Shown: piece by piece, positions 27,182-36,435 of the stretch
Position numbering within the stretch: the first letter of the stretch is position 1
How the letters are laid out: the number at the start of each line of letters is the position of its first letter
Source of the DNA: Erysipelotrichaceae bacterium
Lineage (GTDB): Bacteria; Bacillota_I; Bacilli_A; RFN20; CAG-826
Assembly: GCA_015059105.1 (NCBI GenBank)
Contig: SVBB01000001.1
Location: 75,936 to 139,935 of the forward strand
Reading direction: 5' to 3'
Length of the DNA: 64,000 nucleotides
The notes under the pieces: model-generated
What the model saw: only the letters and a program-made list of their open reading frames with translations
The model's database searches: none
What the model was told of the DNA's origin: nothing
Made by a program: the position numbers and the translations under genes

Positions 27182-28957
27182 TTATTGTTTATTTTTAATC
27201 TCGTTAGCGAGTAAATTAATGAATTCATCAACGTTAACAGTGATTTGTTCTTTCTGTCCGTATTTACGATAAGTGACTTGGTTATTCGCTTTTTCGTTAT
27301 CGCCGATAACGATAGTGTATGGAATCTTATTGATTTGGCTGCTTCTCATACGATAGCCAAGTTTCTCGTTAGAATCATCGATTTTCACACGGAAGCCAGC
27401 TTCTTTAAACTTCTTCGCTACTTCGTTAGTAAATTCTAAATGAGCGTCGTTATTGACTGGTAAGAGATTGACTTGATGTGGGGCTAACCAAGCTGGGAAA
27501 GCACCTTTAGTTTCTTCAAGTAAGAAAGCAACAAATCTATCTAAGGAGCCAAGAATCGCTCTATGGACGACCACAGGGCGAGCTTTTTCACCTTTTTCAT
27601 CGATATAAGTGAGTTCAAATCTTTCTGGGAGTTGATAGTCTAATTGAATAGTGGACAAAGTGACATCATGACCAATCGCGGATTTCACTTGAACATCGAG
27701 TTTTGGTCCATAGAATGCCGCTTCACCAATCGCTTCATAATATTCAACGCCAAGTTCTTTTAGAACTTCTCTGAGTTGATTTTCACTCTTTTCCCATAAT
27801 TCATCGTTGCCGAAATATTTTTCCGTATCAGCAGGATCTCTTAAAGAAAGACGGAATTCATAATTTTTGAACCCGAAGTCGTTATAGACATCTAAGATTA
27901 ATTTAGTAACTTCTTTAAAGACGTCGCCGATTTGAGATGGCATGCAGAAGATGTGGGAGTCGTTTTGATAGAAGGCTCTCGTTCTTTCAATACCCGTTAA
28001 AGCTCCTGATGCTTCAAAGCGGAAGTCCGCGGCGATTTCAGCAATTTTAAGAGGAAGTTCTCTATAGGAGTGGAGAGCGCTTCGATACATCACCATGTGA
28101 TGTGGACAGTTCATCGGTCTAAGGACATAAGATTCATTATCGACATCCATCTTTGGATACATATCTTTTTGGTAGTGGGCCCAGTGACCAGATGTTTTAT
28201 ATAGTTCCACATTACCTAAACATGGAGTTAAGACATGTTGATAACCTAAGGCAATCTCTTTATCCATGATATAGTCGCTTAATATTCTACGAACAGTAAA
28301 ACCATTTGGTAACCACATTGGTAAACCTTTACCAACTAACTCATCATACATATAGATACCGAGCTGTTTACCCAAGATGCGGTGATCTCTTGATTTTCTA
28401 TCTTCAAGAATTTTTAAATAGTTTTCTAATTCTTCGTGGGAAAACCAAGAAGTGCCATAGATTCTTGTTAATTGTTTATTCTTGCTATCGCCTCTCCAAT
28501 ACGCCCCTGCGAGGTTTAATAATTTGAAGTGACGAATTAAATTCGTGGAGAGAAGATGTGGTCCACGACATAAGTCGATGAATTCACCTTGGGAGAAGGT
28601 GGTGATATCTTCATTAATACCTTCGATTAATTCGACTTTATATGGGTTGTTTTTAAATGTTTCTAAAGCTTCTTGTTTATTGAGCAATTTTCTTTCAATT
28701 TTGTAGTCTTTGCTCGCGAGTTCTTTCATCTTCTTTTCAATCGCTTTTAAATCTTCATCATTAATAGGACTAGAAAAGTCGATGTCGTAATAGAAGCCTT
28801 CTTCAATGGCTGGTCCAATGCCGAACTTAGCATCTGGATAAAGTTGTTGAATCGCTTGCGCGAGTAAATGAGCAGTGGAGTGGTTGAGCACTTCAAAAGC
28901 TTCTTTAGAGGATCTTTCAATCTCAACGATAGATCCATCGTGATTTTGTATTTTCAT
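27182..28957 (-). CDS. thrS: Threonyl-tRNA synthetase (short form without the N-terminal TGS domain).
   Basis: Class II motifs and a C-terminal anticodon-binding domain. RBS GGAGGTAAGGAG ahead of ATG 28957. Confidence 0.85.
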   Translation of the reverse strand: MKIQNHDGSIVEIERSSKEAFEVLNHSTAHLLAQAIQQLYPDAKFGIGPAIEEGFYYDIDFSSPINDEDLKAIEKKMKELASKDYKIERKLLNKQEALETFKNNPYKVELIEGINEDITTFSQGEFIDLCRGPHLLSTNLIRHFKLLNLAGAYWRGDSKNKQLTRIYGTSWFSHEELENYLKILEDRKSRDHRILGKQLGIYMYDELVGKGLPMWLPNGFTVRRILSDYIMDKEIALGYQHVLTPCLGNVELYKTSGHWAHYQKDMYPKMDVDNESYVLRPMNCPHHMVMYRSALHSYRELPLKIAEIAADFRFEASGALTGIERTRAFYQNDSHIFCMPSQIGDVFKEVTKLILDVYNDFGFKNYEFRLSLRDPADTEKYFGNDELWEKSENQLREVLKELGVEYYEAIGEAAFYGPKLDVQVKSAIGHDVTLSTIQLDYQLPERFELTYIDEKGEKARPVVVHRAILGSLDRFVAFLLEETKGAFPAWLAPHQVNLLPVNNDAHLEFTNEVAKKFKEAGFRVKIDDSNEKLGYRMRSSQINKIPYTIVIGDNEKANNQVTYRKYGQKEQITVNVDEFINLLANEIKNKQ

Positions 28958-29037
28958 ATAATTCTCCTTACCTCCGCAATACAAAAGCGGGCTTATAGAT
29001 AATTTATATTTAATTAATATAAATAAACTAACTTAAA

Positions 29038-29997
29038 TTATTGTAACATGTCGATTAAGTCTCTTAATCCATGTTTGTGACGGTGTTTCATTTCAACCGC
29101 TTCTTCAATTGGGACAGTTGTATATTCGCCACCGATAGAAGCTGTGACTACTCCGCCGCCGCCATCGACGAGAGTTTGTACTGCTAATGCGCCATATCTT
29201 GCCGCAAGAATACGGTCATGGGCAGATGGGGAACCACCTCTTTGAAGTCTACCGAGAACTTCGGTTCTGGTATCAAAGCCAGTGGCATCTTCAATTTTCT
29301 TTGCTAATTCTTTGATATCGTATAAGTTTTCAGAAACGAGGATGATGGCGTGAGATTTATTCATCGCTTTCATCTTTCTAAGTTTTCTAAATAATTTATC
29401 TTCGTGAAGTGGGTGTTCAACACAGATGACGCCTTCAGCACCTTCAGCTAAAGCAGCATACATAGCAAGGTCACCACAATCACGGCCCATAACTTCGATT
29501 AAAGAACAACGTTGATGTGAACCAGAGGTATCTTTGAGTTTATCAACACAATCACAGATGGTGTTTAAAGCAGTGGAGAAACCAATTGTTTCTTCAGTGG
29601 AGCCAACGTCGTTATCGATTGTGCCTGGAATTCCGACGACTTTTACGCCTTGTTTATGAAGAGCGGCAAGTCCGCGATAAGTACCATCGCCACCGATACC
29701 GATTAAAGCATCGATTTCATAGTCAGCAAGAATTTGCGCACATTTCTTTTGTGTCGCCTCTTCTTTCATTTCTGGAACACGAGCGGATCTGATGATCGTA
29801 CCACCTCTATTGATGATATCGCTTGTGAAATCCTTATTGACTTGGTGGATATCGCCTTCGAGAAGACCGCGATAACCATCATAAATCACGTACATTTCTT
29901 TACCGTGATATAAACCAGCACGGATGACGCTTCTAAGCGCTGCGTTCATGCCAGGCGCGTCGCCGCCGCTAGTTAAAACTGCAATTCTTTTTACCAT
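29038..29997 (-). CDS. pfkA: ATP-dependent 6-phosphofructokinase.
   Basis: MVKRIAVLTSGGDAPGMNAA... and the GGDGS motif. Confidence 0.9.
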   Translation of the reverse strand: MVKRIAVLTSGGDAPGMNAALRSVIRAGLYHGKEMYVIYDGYRGLLEGDIHQVNKDFTSDIINRGGTIIRSARVPEMKEEATQKKCAQILADYEIDALIGIGGDGTYRGLAALHKQGVKVVGIPGTIDNDVGSTEETIGFSTALNTICDCVDKLKDTSGSHQRCSLIEVMGRDCGDLAMYAALAEGAEGVICVEHPLHEDKLFRKLRKMKAMNKSHAIILVSENLYDIKELAKKIEDATGFDTRTEVLGRLQRGGSPSAHDRILAARYGALAVQTLVDGGGGVVTASIGGEYTTVPIEEAVEMKHRHKHGLRDLIDMLQ

Positions 29998-30086
29998 AAA
30001 AAAGTACCTCTATTAATATAAATATAACAAAGTTATCTTTATTTTTACTATAGGAAATTGAAATTGTTTGCAAAGTCCATTTCTTT

Positions 30087-30171
30087 TTTTCCACAAAATG
30101 CAATGTGGATAACTATGTGAATAGCGAGATAGATTTACTATGTAAATCAACTGATATAACGATGTGGATAA
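30087..30171. promoter_or_regulatory. Cluster of DnaA boxes, two perfect TTATCCACA (as TGTGGATAA at 30104-30112 and 30163-30171) and one single-mismatch TTTTCCACA (30087-30095), in the divergent pfkA / dnaB-like intergenic region.
   Basis: Exact 9-mer matches read from the sequence. Confidence 0.6.
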
Positions 30172-30259
30172 GTCGCCTCTAGTTTCTGTGCATTATTTTT
30201 CCTTTTGAATAGTTTATTAACTATATGTGATAATTACTTCACAACTTCAGGAGGACAAG

Positions 30260-31549
30260 ATGGTACTTATACATAACATTGATTTATTCACCGTTCGTCT
30301 TGTCACCCTCATCGCTGAGTATGACCGCGATACGATGGTCAACTTATATCAACCCTTAATCGGACATGAAGCGGTGTCTTTATATTTTACTTTATGGAGT
30401 GAGAGCAATAATCAAAAGATTATACCTTCTTCCACCCATGAATCTTTATTTGTGAAGACGCAGTTTACAGTCGGGGAATTCATCAAAGCGAGAAAAGCTC
30501 TTGAAGCAGTGGGCCTTCTTAAAACATATTTAGAGACCACTGAAGGGGGAAGATATTTCCATTACGAATTATATTCTCCAAAAACTCCAAATGACTTCTT
30601 TAACGATACCCTTTTATATGGATTACTGATCAAATGCATCGGGGAAAAAGAAGCCCAAAGAGCGAAGAACATCTATTCCATTCCTGTCAATAACAAAATG
30701 GGAGAAGATATCTCTGCTTCTTTCCAAGAAGTATTCCATCCTGATTATGAAGACCCAGCCTTTATGAAAGCGATTAAAACGAGTAAGGCCGTGGGTAGAA
30801 ATCAAGCGATTATCGAATCTAAATTCTCTTATGAGAAACTATTTGAAGAATTATCAAAAATCAGTCAAATCAGTGAAAAGGCTTTCTTAAAGAAAGATTT
30901 AAAAGAACTCGCAAGAATCGCGACTTTATATGGGGTTGATGAAGAAACCGCTGCCCCCATTATCAACAGTTTCTATAATCCAAATGCCGAAAAAGGAAAA
31001 CGTTTGGATTTTGAAAATATCACTAAAGCATTCCAGGAAGAGACAAACGTCGTATACTTATCCTCTTCAAAATCTGTCAGCACAAAACCGAAATTTGTCT
31101 CTTCTTCTGGGGCGTTAGCTAGCAAGATCAATCTGATGGAGAGCATCTCTCCTAAGGATTTCCTCGCCATACTCCAAAATGGCAGTGAACCCGCGACACC
31201 AGATTTAAAATTAATCGATAATATTTCAAAGAAGTTTAGACTTAATAATTCAGTTATCAATGCGATTATCGATTATGTATTAACAACGAATAATAACGTT
31301 TTATCGAGACCATACTGTGAAAAGGTCGCCGCCTCATTAGCAAGAGAAGGAATAACTTCTACCCTCGATGCGATGAATTATCTTAAAAAGATATCTTCAG
31401 GTGGTAAGGAAAGGTATAACGGAAAAATGGAAAGCGAACAATATGTGGCTCCAGCAAATAATAAGAAAGAAAAAGAAGAAGATCTCAACTGGAACCAATT
31501 AATAGATGATATCGATATCGATGGAGGAGATGGCAATGGAGAAGCTTAA
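30260..31549 (+). CDS. dnaB: Replication initiation / helicase-loading protein of the Bacillus DnaB type (DnaD-like DDBH domains).
   Basis: N-terminal LYQPLIG...LYFTLW motif and C-terminal DnaD-like domains (..YCEKVAASLAREGITS..). Adjacent dnaI. RBS AGGAGG. Confidence 0.65.
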   Translation: MVLIHNIDLFTVRLVTLIAEYDRDTMVNLYQPLIGHEAVSLYFTLWSESNNQKIIPSSTHESLFVKTQFTVGEFIKARKALEAVGLLKTYLETTEGGRYFHYELYSPKTPNDFFNDTLLYGLLIKCIGEKEAQRAKNIYSIPVNNKMGEDISASFQEVFHPDYEDPAFMKAIKTSKAVGRNQAIIESKFSYEKLFEELSKISQISEKAFLKKDLKELARIATLYGVDEETAAPIINSFYNPNAEKGKRLDFENITKAFQEETNVVYLSSSKSVSTKPKFVSSSGALASKINLMESISPKDFLAILQNGSEPATPDLKLIDNISKKFRLNNSVINAIIDYVLTTNNNVLSRPYCEKVAASLAREGITSTLDAMNYLKKISSGGKERYNGKMESEQYVAPANNKKEKEEDLNWNQLIDDIDIDGGDGNGEA

Positions 31550-32465
31550 TGAAGAAATCATGAAAAATTCAAAAGACGAAACTTTAAAAGCGATGAGCAA
31601 GTTTGGTAATAATGAAGCATTAATTAAAAAGATGAAAGATGCCTTTTTAGATTGTCCAACTGCCAAAAAATATATCGCCTCACTTAAAGTCGATGACGAA
31701 TTAATCGATAAGAATATCAATAAAATCTATGACTTTGTCAGCGATATCAACGCCTGTAAGAAATGCCCAGGCATGAGCAAATGCACGAAGAATAACCCAT
31801 ATTTAGTGACGAAAATCGTCTATACAGATGGAATTCTTGACCGTCAACTCGTTCCATGTAAAGAACTTGTAAAAAGAAATGAATTCCTTCACGAATTTAG
31901 AATCAGAGATTTTGAAGATAGCTGGTTAGAGAGCAAGATTAAAACTTTGGATTCTTCTACTGCTAGAGCAAAAGCCCTTGCTAAATATGTTAATTATATT
32001 AAAGGGGAATCAGCTTCTTGGATTTATTTATGCGGCGAACAAAATAGTGGTCGTAGCTATTTAGCAGCGACTTTCGCTGTGGATTTAGCAAACCGTAAAA
32101 AAGGACCAATTTGCTTTATCAACACTCCTAAAAGAGTGAAGGAATTATCCGATGCGATTTATAAGAACAATGAAAGATTCCAAAAATTGATGGATATTTA
32201 CTGTAACTGCAATGTCTTAATCTTTGATGATTTCGGTAACGAATTCAAAAATGATTTGATTCGCGACTCCATTATTTTTGAAATTATTTCTAAAAGAAGC
32301 GCTGCTCATTTATTCACTATCTTCACCAGTGATTTCTCCATTGAAGATATCGTCACTTTGTATAGCACGAGTAAATCTGCCGCTTTAAGAGCAAAACAAA
32401 TCGGTAGACTTATTAAAAATAATGCCCAGGATGAGATCAACCTAGGCGAGATTTCAATTTATTGA
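31536..32465 (+). CDS. dnaI: Primosomal helicase loader DnaI (AAA+).
   Basis: N-terminal Zn-binding region (CKKCPGMSKC), Walker A-like GEQNSGRSYLAA, and Walker B IFDDFG. Confidence 0.75.
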   Translation: MEKLNEEIMKNSKDETLKAMSKFGNNEALIKKMKDAFLDCPTAKKYIASLKVDDELIDKNINKIYDFVSDINACKKCPGMSKCTKNNPYLVTKIVYTDGILDRQLVPCKELVKRNEFLHEFRIRDFEDSWLESKIKTLDSSTARAKALAKYVNYIKGESASWIYLCGEQNSGRSYLAATFAVDLANRKKGPICFINTPKRVKELSDAIYKNNERFQKLMDIYCNCNVLIFDDFGNEFKNDLIRDSIIFEIISKRSAAHLFTIFTSDFSIEDIVTLYSTSKSAALRAKQIGRLIKNNAQDEINLGEISIY

Positions 32466-33846
32466 TTACTTTTTTAGTCTCTTTTTCGAGATCTGATGTT
32501 GTTCCGTCATTATTTATGACGAATTCGGCTTCCAGCATTCTATCGTCGATGACATTAGACTCGTTAATAATTCTCAAAGCAGAGGCCTTACCTCCGTCTC
32601 TGCTTTTTTGATGTTCTTCTCTTTTGTTTAAGGAAGAATTAACGATGATAATACTATCGAATAAGCGGTCCATTTTGGATTGGAAAAGAAGTGGAACTTC
32701 GACGATACGGATATCATTTTCATTATTAGAAAGCAATCTTTTTGTCTCTTCTATAACTAGAGGGTGAACGTAGTTTTCTAATTTCTTTTTATCCTTTGGA
32801 TTATTGATTAAATGCTCTCTTAAAATATCTTTATCAACTACTTTATTTGGGAAAGAAAGATTAAACATTTTCCCGATATGATTAGCAACTTTTTCTTCTT
32901 TATATAAATTAGCGACGATTTCATCAGTGGAAATAGTGTAATATCCTTCTTTTTTAAAGACTTCTAACACAGTGGATTTACCAGAAGCGATTTTACCAGT
33001 TAATCCGATATTAAGTGGCTTACCGATTTTGATTTGACAGCACGGACAAAATGTTGTTCCTCTCCCGTTAGTGGTAATGAAGCGATACTTATGGCCGCAT
33101 ATTGGGCACATCTCACCGGCTTTGCCGTATATTTTAATTTCGGTTTGAAAATTGCCGTCGATATCTTTACCAGGGTGATAACTTTTAATCGTTGATCCCC
33201 CGAGTTCAATCGCTCTATTCATTATATAGGATGCATTTTTAACGATATCTTCCCACTGACTTTTATTAATTAAATTAGTAGGAGTATGAGGATGGATATG
33301 ACTTCTATATAAAGTTTCATCGACATAGATATTACCAAGTCCGTTTATTAATTCTTGCGATAATATCGCAGTCTTAATCGGGATTCTTATTTTCTGGGCT
33401 TTTTTATAGATTGGGCTTATATCAGTGACATTAAATGGCTCTGGGCCGAGTTTAGCTAGTCCTTTATCCTTTAGATAATTAGATTCATCTAATAATTTCA
33501 TTTTCCCAAAAGTGCGAGAATCATCATAGATGAGTTTTTTATGATTATCTAAGTGGAAGATGACACGTGCATATTTGCTATTAGCTTCATCTTCATCATA
33601 TTCATAATATTTTCCTTCCATTCTTAAATGGGAAAGAATCACTTTGTTATTAGTTAAATGGAAGATTAAGAATTTACCTATACGTGAGATGGATAGATAT
33701 TTTTCATTTAATAAAGAGTTAACAAAAGCATTTACGTCTCCTTCAATAATGGAATTGCGTAAAACTTCAATAGAAGTGATTGTGCGGTTAATCACAATCT
33801 TTTCTAACACTCTTTTAACTGTTTCAACTTCTGGTAATTCAGGCAT
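32437..33846 (-). CDS. In-frame fusion of formamidopyrimidine-DNA glycosylase (Fpg/MutM, N-terminal) and dephospho-CoA kinase (CoaE, C-terminal).
   Basis: MPELPEVETV... through the zinc finger CPICG...GRGTTFCPCCQ, then the linker IKIGKPLN, then CoaE P-loop IGLTGKIASGKST, HPLV, and VEVPLLF..FD.IIIV...RDGG. Confidence 0.75.
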   Translation of the reverse strand: MPELPEVETVKRVLEKIVINRTITSIEVLRNSIIEGDVNAFVNSLLNEKYLSISRIGKFLIFHLTNNKVILSHLRMEGKYYEYDEDEANSKYARVIFHLDNHKKLIYDDSRTFGKMKLLDESNYLKDKGLAKLGPEPFNVTDISPIYKKAQKIRIPIKTAILSQELINGLGNIYVDETLYRSHIHPHTPTNLINKSQWEDIVKNASYIMNRAIELGGSTIKSYHPGKDIDGNFQTEIKIYGKAGEMCPICGHKYRFITTNGRGTTFCPCCQIKIGKPLNIGLTGKIASGKSTVLEVFKKEGYYTISTDEIVANLYKEEKVANHIGKMFNLSFPNKVVDKDILREHLINNPKDKKKLENYVHPLVIEETKRLLSNNENDIRIVEVPLLFQSKMDRLFDSIIIVNSSLNKREEHQKSRDGGKASALRIINESNVIDDRMLEAEFVINNDGTTSDLEKETKKVINKLKSRLG

Positions 33847-33848
33847 AA

Positions 33849-36434
33849 CTATTTACAGGAGTACCAATCTTCTCCAAATCCTCCATCAACTTCAAGGGGA
33901 ATATTGATATCAATGGCGTGTTCCATGATATCTTTTATTAATTTATAAACTTCTTCTTTTTCGTCGCTTGGCACTTTAAAGATTAATTCATCGTGAATTT
34001 GAAGGACCATCTTTGTTTTATAACCACCTTCTTTAAGGGCATTACTAACTTTAATCATTGCAATTTTGATTAAGTCAGCCGCTGTTCCTTGAATAGGGGC
34101 ATTCATCGCCGCGCGTTTGGCAAATTCTCTAACTTGATAGTTTGCATCATATATTTCTCTTAGATATCTTCTGCGATTAGTAAGAGTGGAGACATAGCCG
34201 TTTTCCCTAGCTTCGTTAACGATATTGTTAAAGAAATTAGCGACTTCTGGATAATTAGAATAGAATTCGTTAATGATGTTTCTCGCTTCTTTTGTAGAGA
34301 CTCCAATTTGATCAGCGAGACCGTAATCAGAGATGCCGTATATGATTCCAAAGTTGACTGCTTTTGCTTGTCGTCTTTGAGCATATGTAGGTTGTTCGAC
34401 ATGGAAGACAGCTTTCGCGGTAGCGGTGTGGATATCTGTATTAGATAAGAACACTTCTTTAAGCGGTTCACAGTTAGAGAGGAAAGCGAGAATGCGAAGT
34501 TCAATTTGAGAATAATCTAATGAGAGAATTTCGTATTCATGGTTTGGATAATAGAATGCTTTTCTAATCAGTTTGCCTTCTTCATCTCTAATAGATATGT
34601 TTTGTAAGTTAGGTTCAGAACTAGATAATCTTCCTGTTGTCGTTTGAGTTTGATTGAAATGCGCGTGAATCTTGCCATCAGGATGAATGTGAGGTTTGAT
34701 ACCTTCAACATATGTGGATAATAATTTCGCATATTTACGATATTCTAAAAGTTTTTCGATGATTGGATGTTCATCAATTAGTTCTTTAAGATTATCGAAA
34801 GAAGTGGAGGCGTTTTTATTGCCTTTAAGTCCGAGTTTGTTATAAAGGATTTCTCCAACTTGTTTAGGAGAAGCAATGTTAAAAGTTTCTCCAGCGAGAG
34901 CATAGATCTCTTTAGTTAAAGTAGCGATTTTCTCTTTATATTCTTTGCCGAAATTATCTAAGATTGTGACATCGATTGGAAATCCTTCAATTTCCATCTC
35001 TGCTAAAGTATTAACAAGCGGTAATTCTAATTCATTAAAGAGAGTAATCGCATTGATCTTTTCTAGTTCAATATATGCTTTTTCATATAAATGAAGTGAG
35101 AAATAGGCTACTTTTGCAGTGAATTTATCGTTTACTGTATTAAATAATGAAACATCTTCTTTTTGTAAATCGATACCAAATGCGTTCATCGCTTGAAAGA
35201 TATTGTTTTTTAAAGATGAGTCTAATAAATAGGCGGCAATGAGAACATCAAAAGATAATCCTTCAATATTAATATCATATTTGTTTAAGGCGAATTTAAT
35301 CGCTTTATAATCAAAGCAGTATTTATTAATATTTGGATTATTTAATACTTCCTTAAGATAGCTATCATTCTTCGCATTATCGATAGAGATATAATATGTA
35401 TCTTCTCCGTTACAAATAGCAATCCCAAATACTGGTTCAGTAGAGTAATTACCTTCTTGATCAATAGCAACCCCGATTTTATCTTTAAATTCGATATCTT
35501 TAAATGTCGTAACAGTTTTTGGAGATATATCGATTTCCGTCATTGAGATTTTCTTCCATTTCTGAGGAATCTTATTCATTAGCTGTTTTAAAGAAAACTG
35601 CTGGGCGAAAGCATTTAATTTATCGAATTCATATCCTTTATATTCGAGTTCATTGATAGAAAATGGCAGAGCGATATCGGTTTGAATGATGGCGAGGTCA
35701 CGAGAAAGTCTACCCTGTTCAGCATTATTTCTAATATTCTCTCCAAGTTTGCCTTTTATCTCATCGGCATGAGCGATTATATTATCAAAAGTTTGATATT
35801 GTTGGATGAGAGTAACCGCGGTTTTTTCTCCAACTCCAGGTATACCTGGTAGGTTATCACTCGCGTCGCCTCTAAGCCCCTTATAGTCGATGATATTGAT
35901 TGGGTCAAAGCCGTACGTTTCTTTAACGCTAGTAGGGGTCATAAGCATCGTATCGGATAACCCTTTACGAATGATGTTAACAGTGATGTGTTCATCGATT
36001 AATTGGAGATAGTCTCTATCGCTTGTATAGATTAATACTTCATAACCAGCTTCTTCTGCTTTTTTGGCGACAGTTCCGGCGACATCATCGCCTTCAAAAC
36101 CTTCCTTTTCATAATGGAAAACCCCAAGGCTATCTAATAAATCTCTCGCGATTGGAAACTGTGTTTTTAAATCTTCTGGACATGGTTTGCGGTTCGCTTT
36201 ATATGATTCGAGTTGCTCTTTTCTAAAAGTGATGCCTCCGGTATCTAAAGCGACGAAGATTGCTTCTCCTTCTTTCGCATTATTGATGATTTTTATCATC
36301 ATATTTGAAAAGGCGAAAATCGCATTAGTAGGAATGCCTTGTGGGCTGCGCATAATTTCAACCCCTGGATAGGCGGTTGCGTAATAAGCGCGGAATAAAA
36401 GCGAATAGCCGTCGATGATTGTGATTTTTTTCAT
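33849..36434 (-). CDS. polA: DNA polymerase I (5'-3' exonuclease, 3'-5' exo-like, and polymerase domains).
   Basis: 861 aa with family A polymerase motifs (..DYSQIELR.., ..QIHDEL..). Confidence 0.9.
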   Translation of the reverse strand: MKKITIIDGYSLLFRAYYATAYPGVEIMRSPQGIPTNAIFAFSNMMIKIINNAKEGEAIFVALDTGGITFRKEQLESYKANRKPCPEDLKTQFPIARDLLDSLGVFHYEKEGFEGDDVAGTVAKKAEEAGYEVLIYTSDRDYLQLIDEHITVNIIRKGLSDTMLMTPTSVKETYGFDPINIIDYKGLRGDASDNLPGIPGVGEKTAVTLIQQYQTFDNIIAHADEIKGKLGENIRNNAEQGRLSRDLAIIQTDIALPFSINELEYKGYEFDKLNAFAQQFSLKQLMNKIPQKWKKISMTEIDISPKTVTTFKDIEFKDKIGVAIDQEGNYSTEPVFGIAICNGEDTYYISIDNAKNDSYLKEVLNNPNINKYCFDYKAIKFALNKYDINIEGLSFDVLIAAYLLDSSLKNNIFQAMNAFGIDLQKEDVSLFNTVNDKFTAKVAYFSLHLYEKAYIELEKINAITLFNELELPLVNTLAEMEIEGFPIDVTILDNFGKEYKEKIATLTKEIYALAGETFNIASPKQVGEILYNKLGLKGNKNASTSFDNLKELIDEHPIIEKLLEYRKYAKLLSTYVEGIKPHIHPDGKIHAHFNQTQTTTGRLSSSEPNLQNISIRDEEGKLIRKAFYYPNHEYEILSLDYSQIELRILAFLSNCEPLKEVFLSNTDIHTATAKAVFHVEQPTYAQRRQAKAVNFGIIYGISDYGLADQIGVSTKEARNIINEFYSNYPEVANFFNNIVNEARENGYVSTLTNRRRYLREIYDANYQVREFAKRAAMNAPIQGTAADLIKIAMIKVSNALKEGGYKTKMVLQIHDELIFKVPSDEKEEVYKLIKDIMEHAIDINIPLEVDGGFGEDWYSCK

Positions 36435-36435
36435 A

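Noticed and set aside
28958..29037. Searched for a T-box leader upstream of thrS, as in most Firmicutes, and upstream of pheS.
   Set aside because: The thrS upstream gap is only 80 nt and lacks the AAnnnGGGTGGnACCGCG motif. The pheS upstream gap is 86 nt and holds only a terminator and promoter. Only ileS has a T-box.
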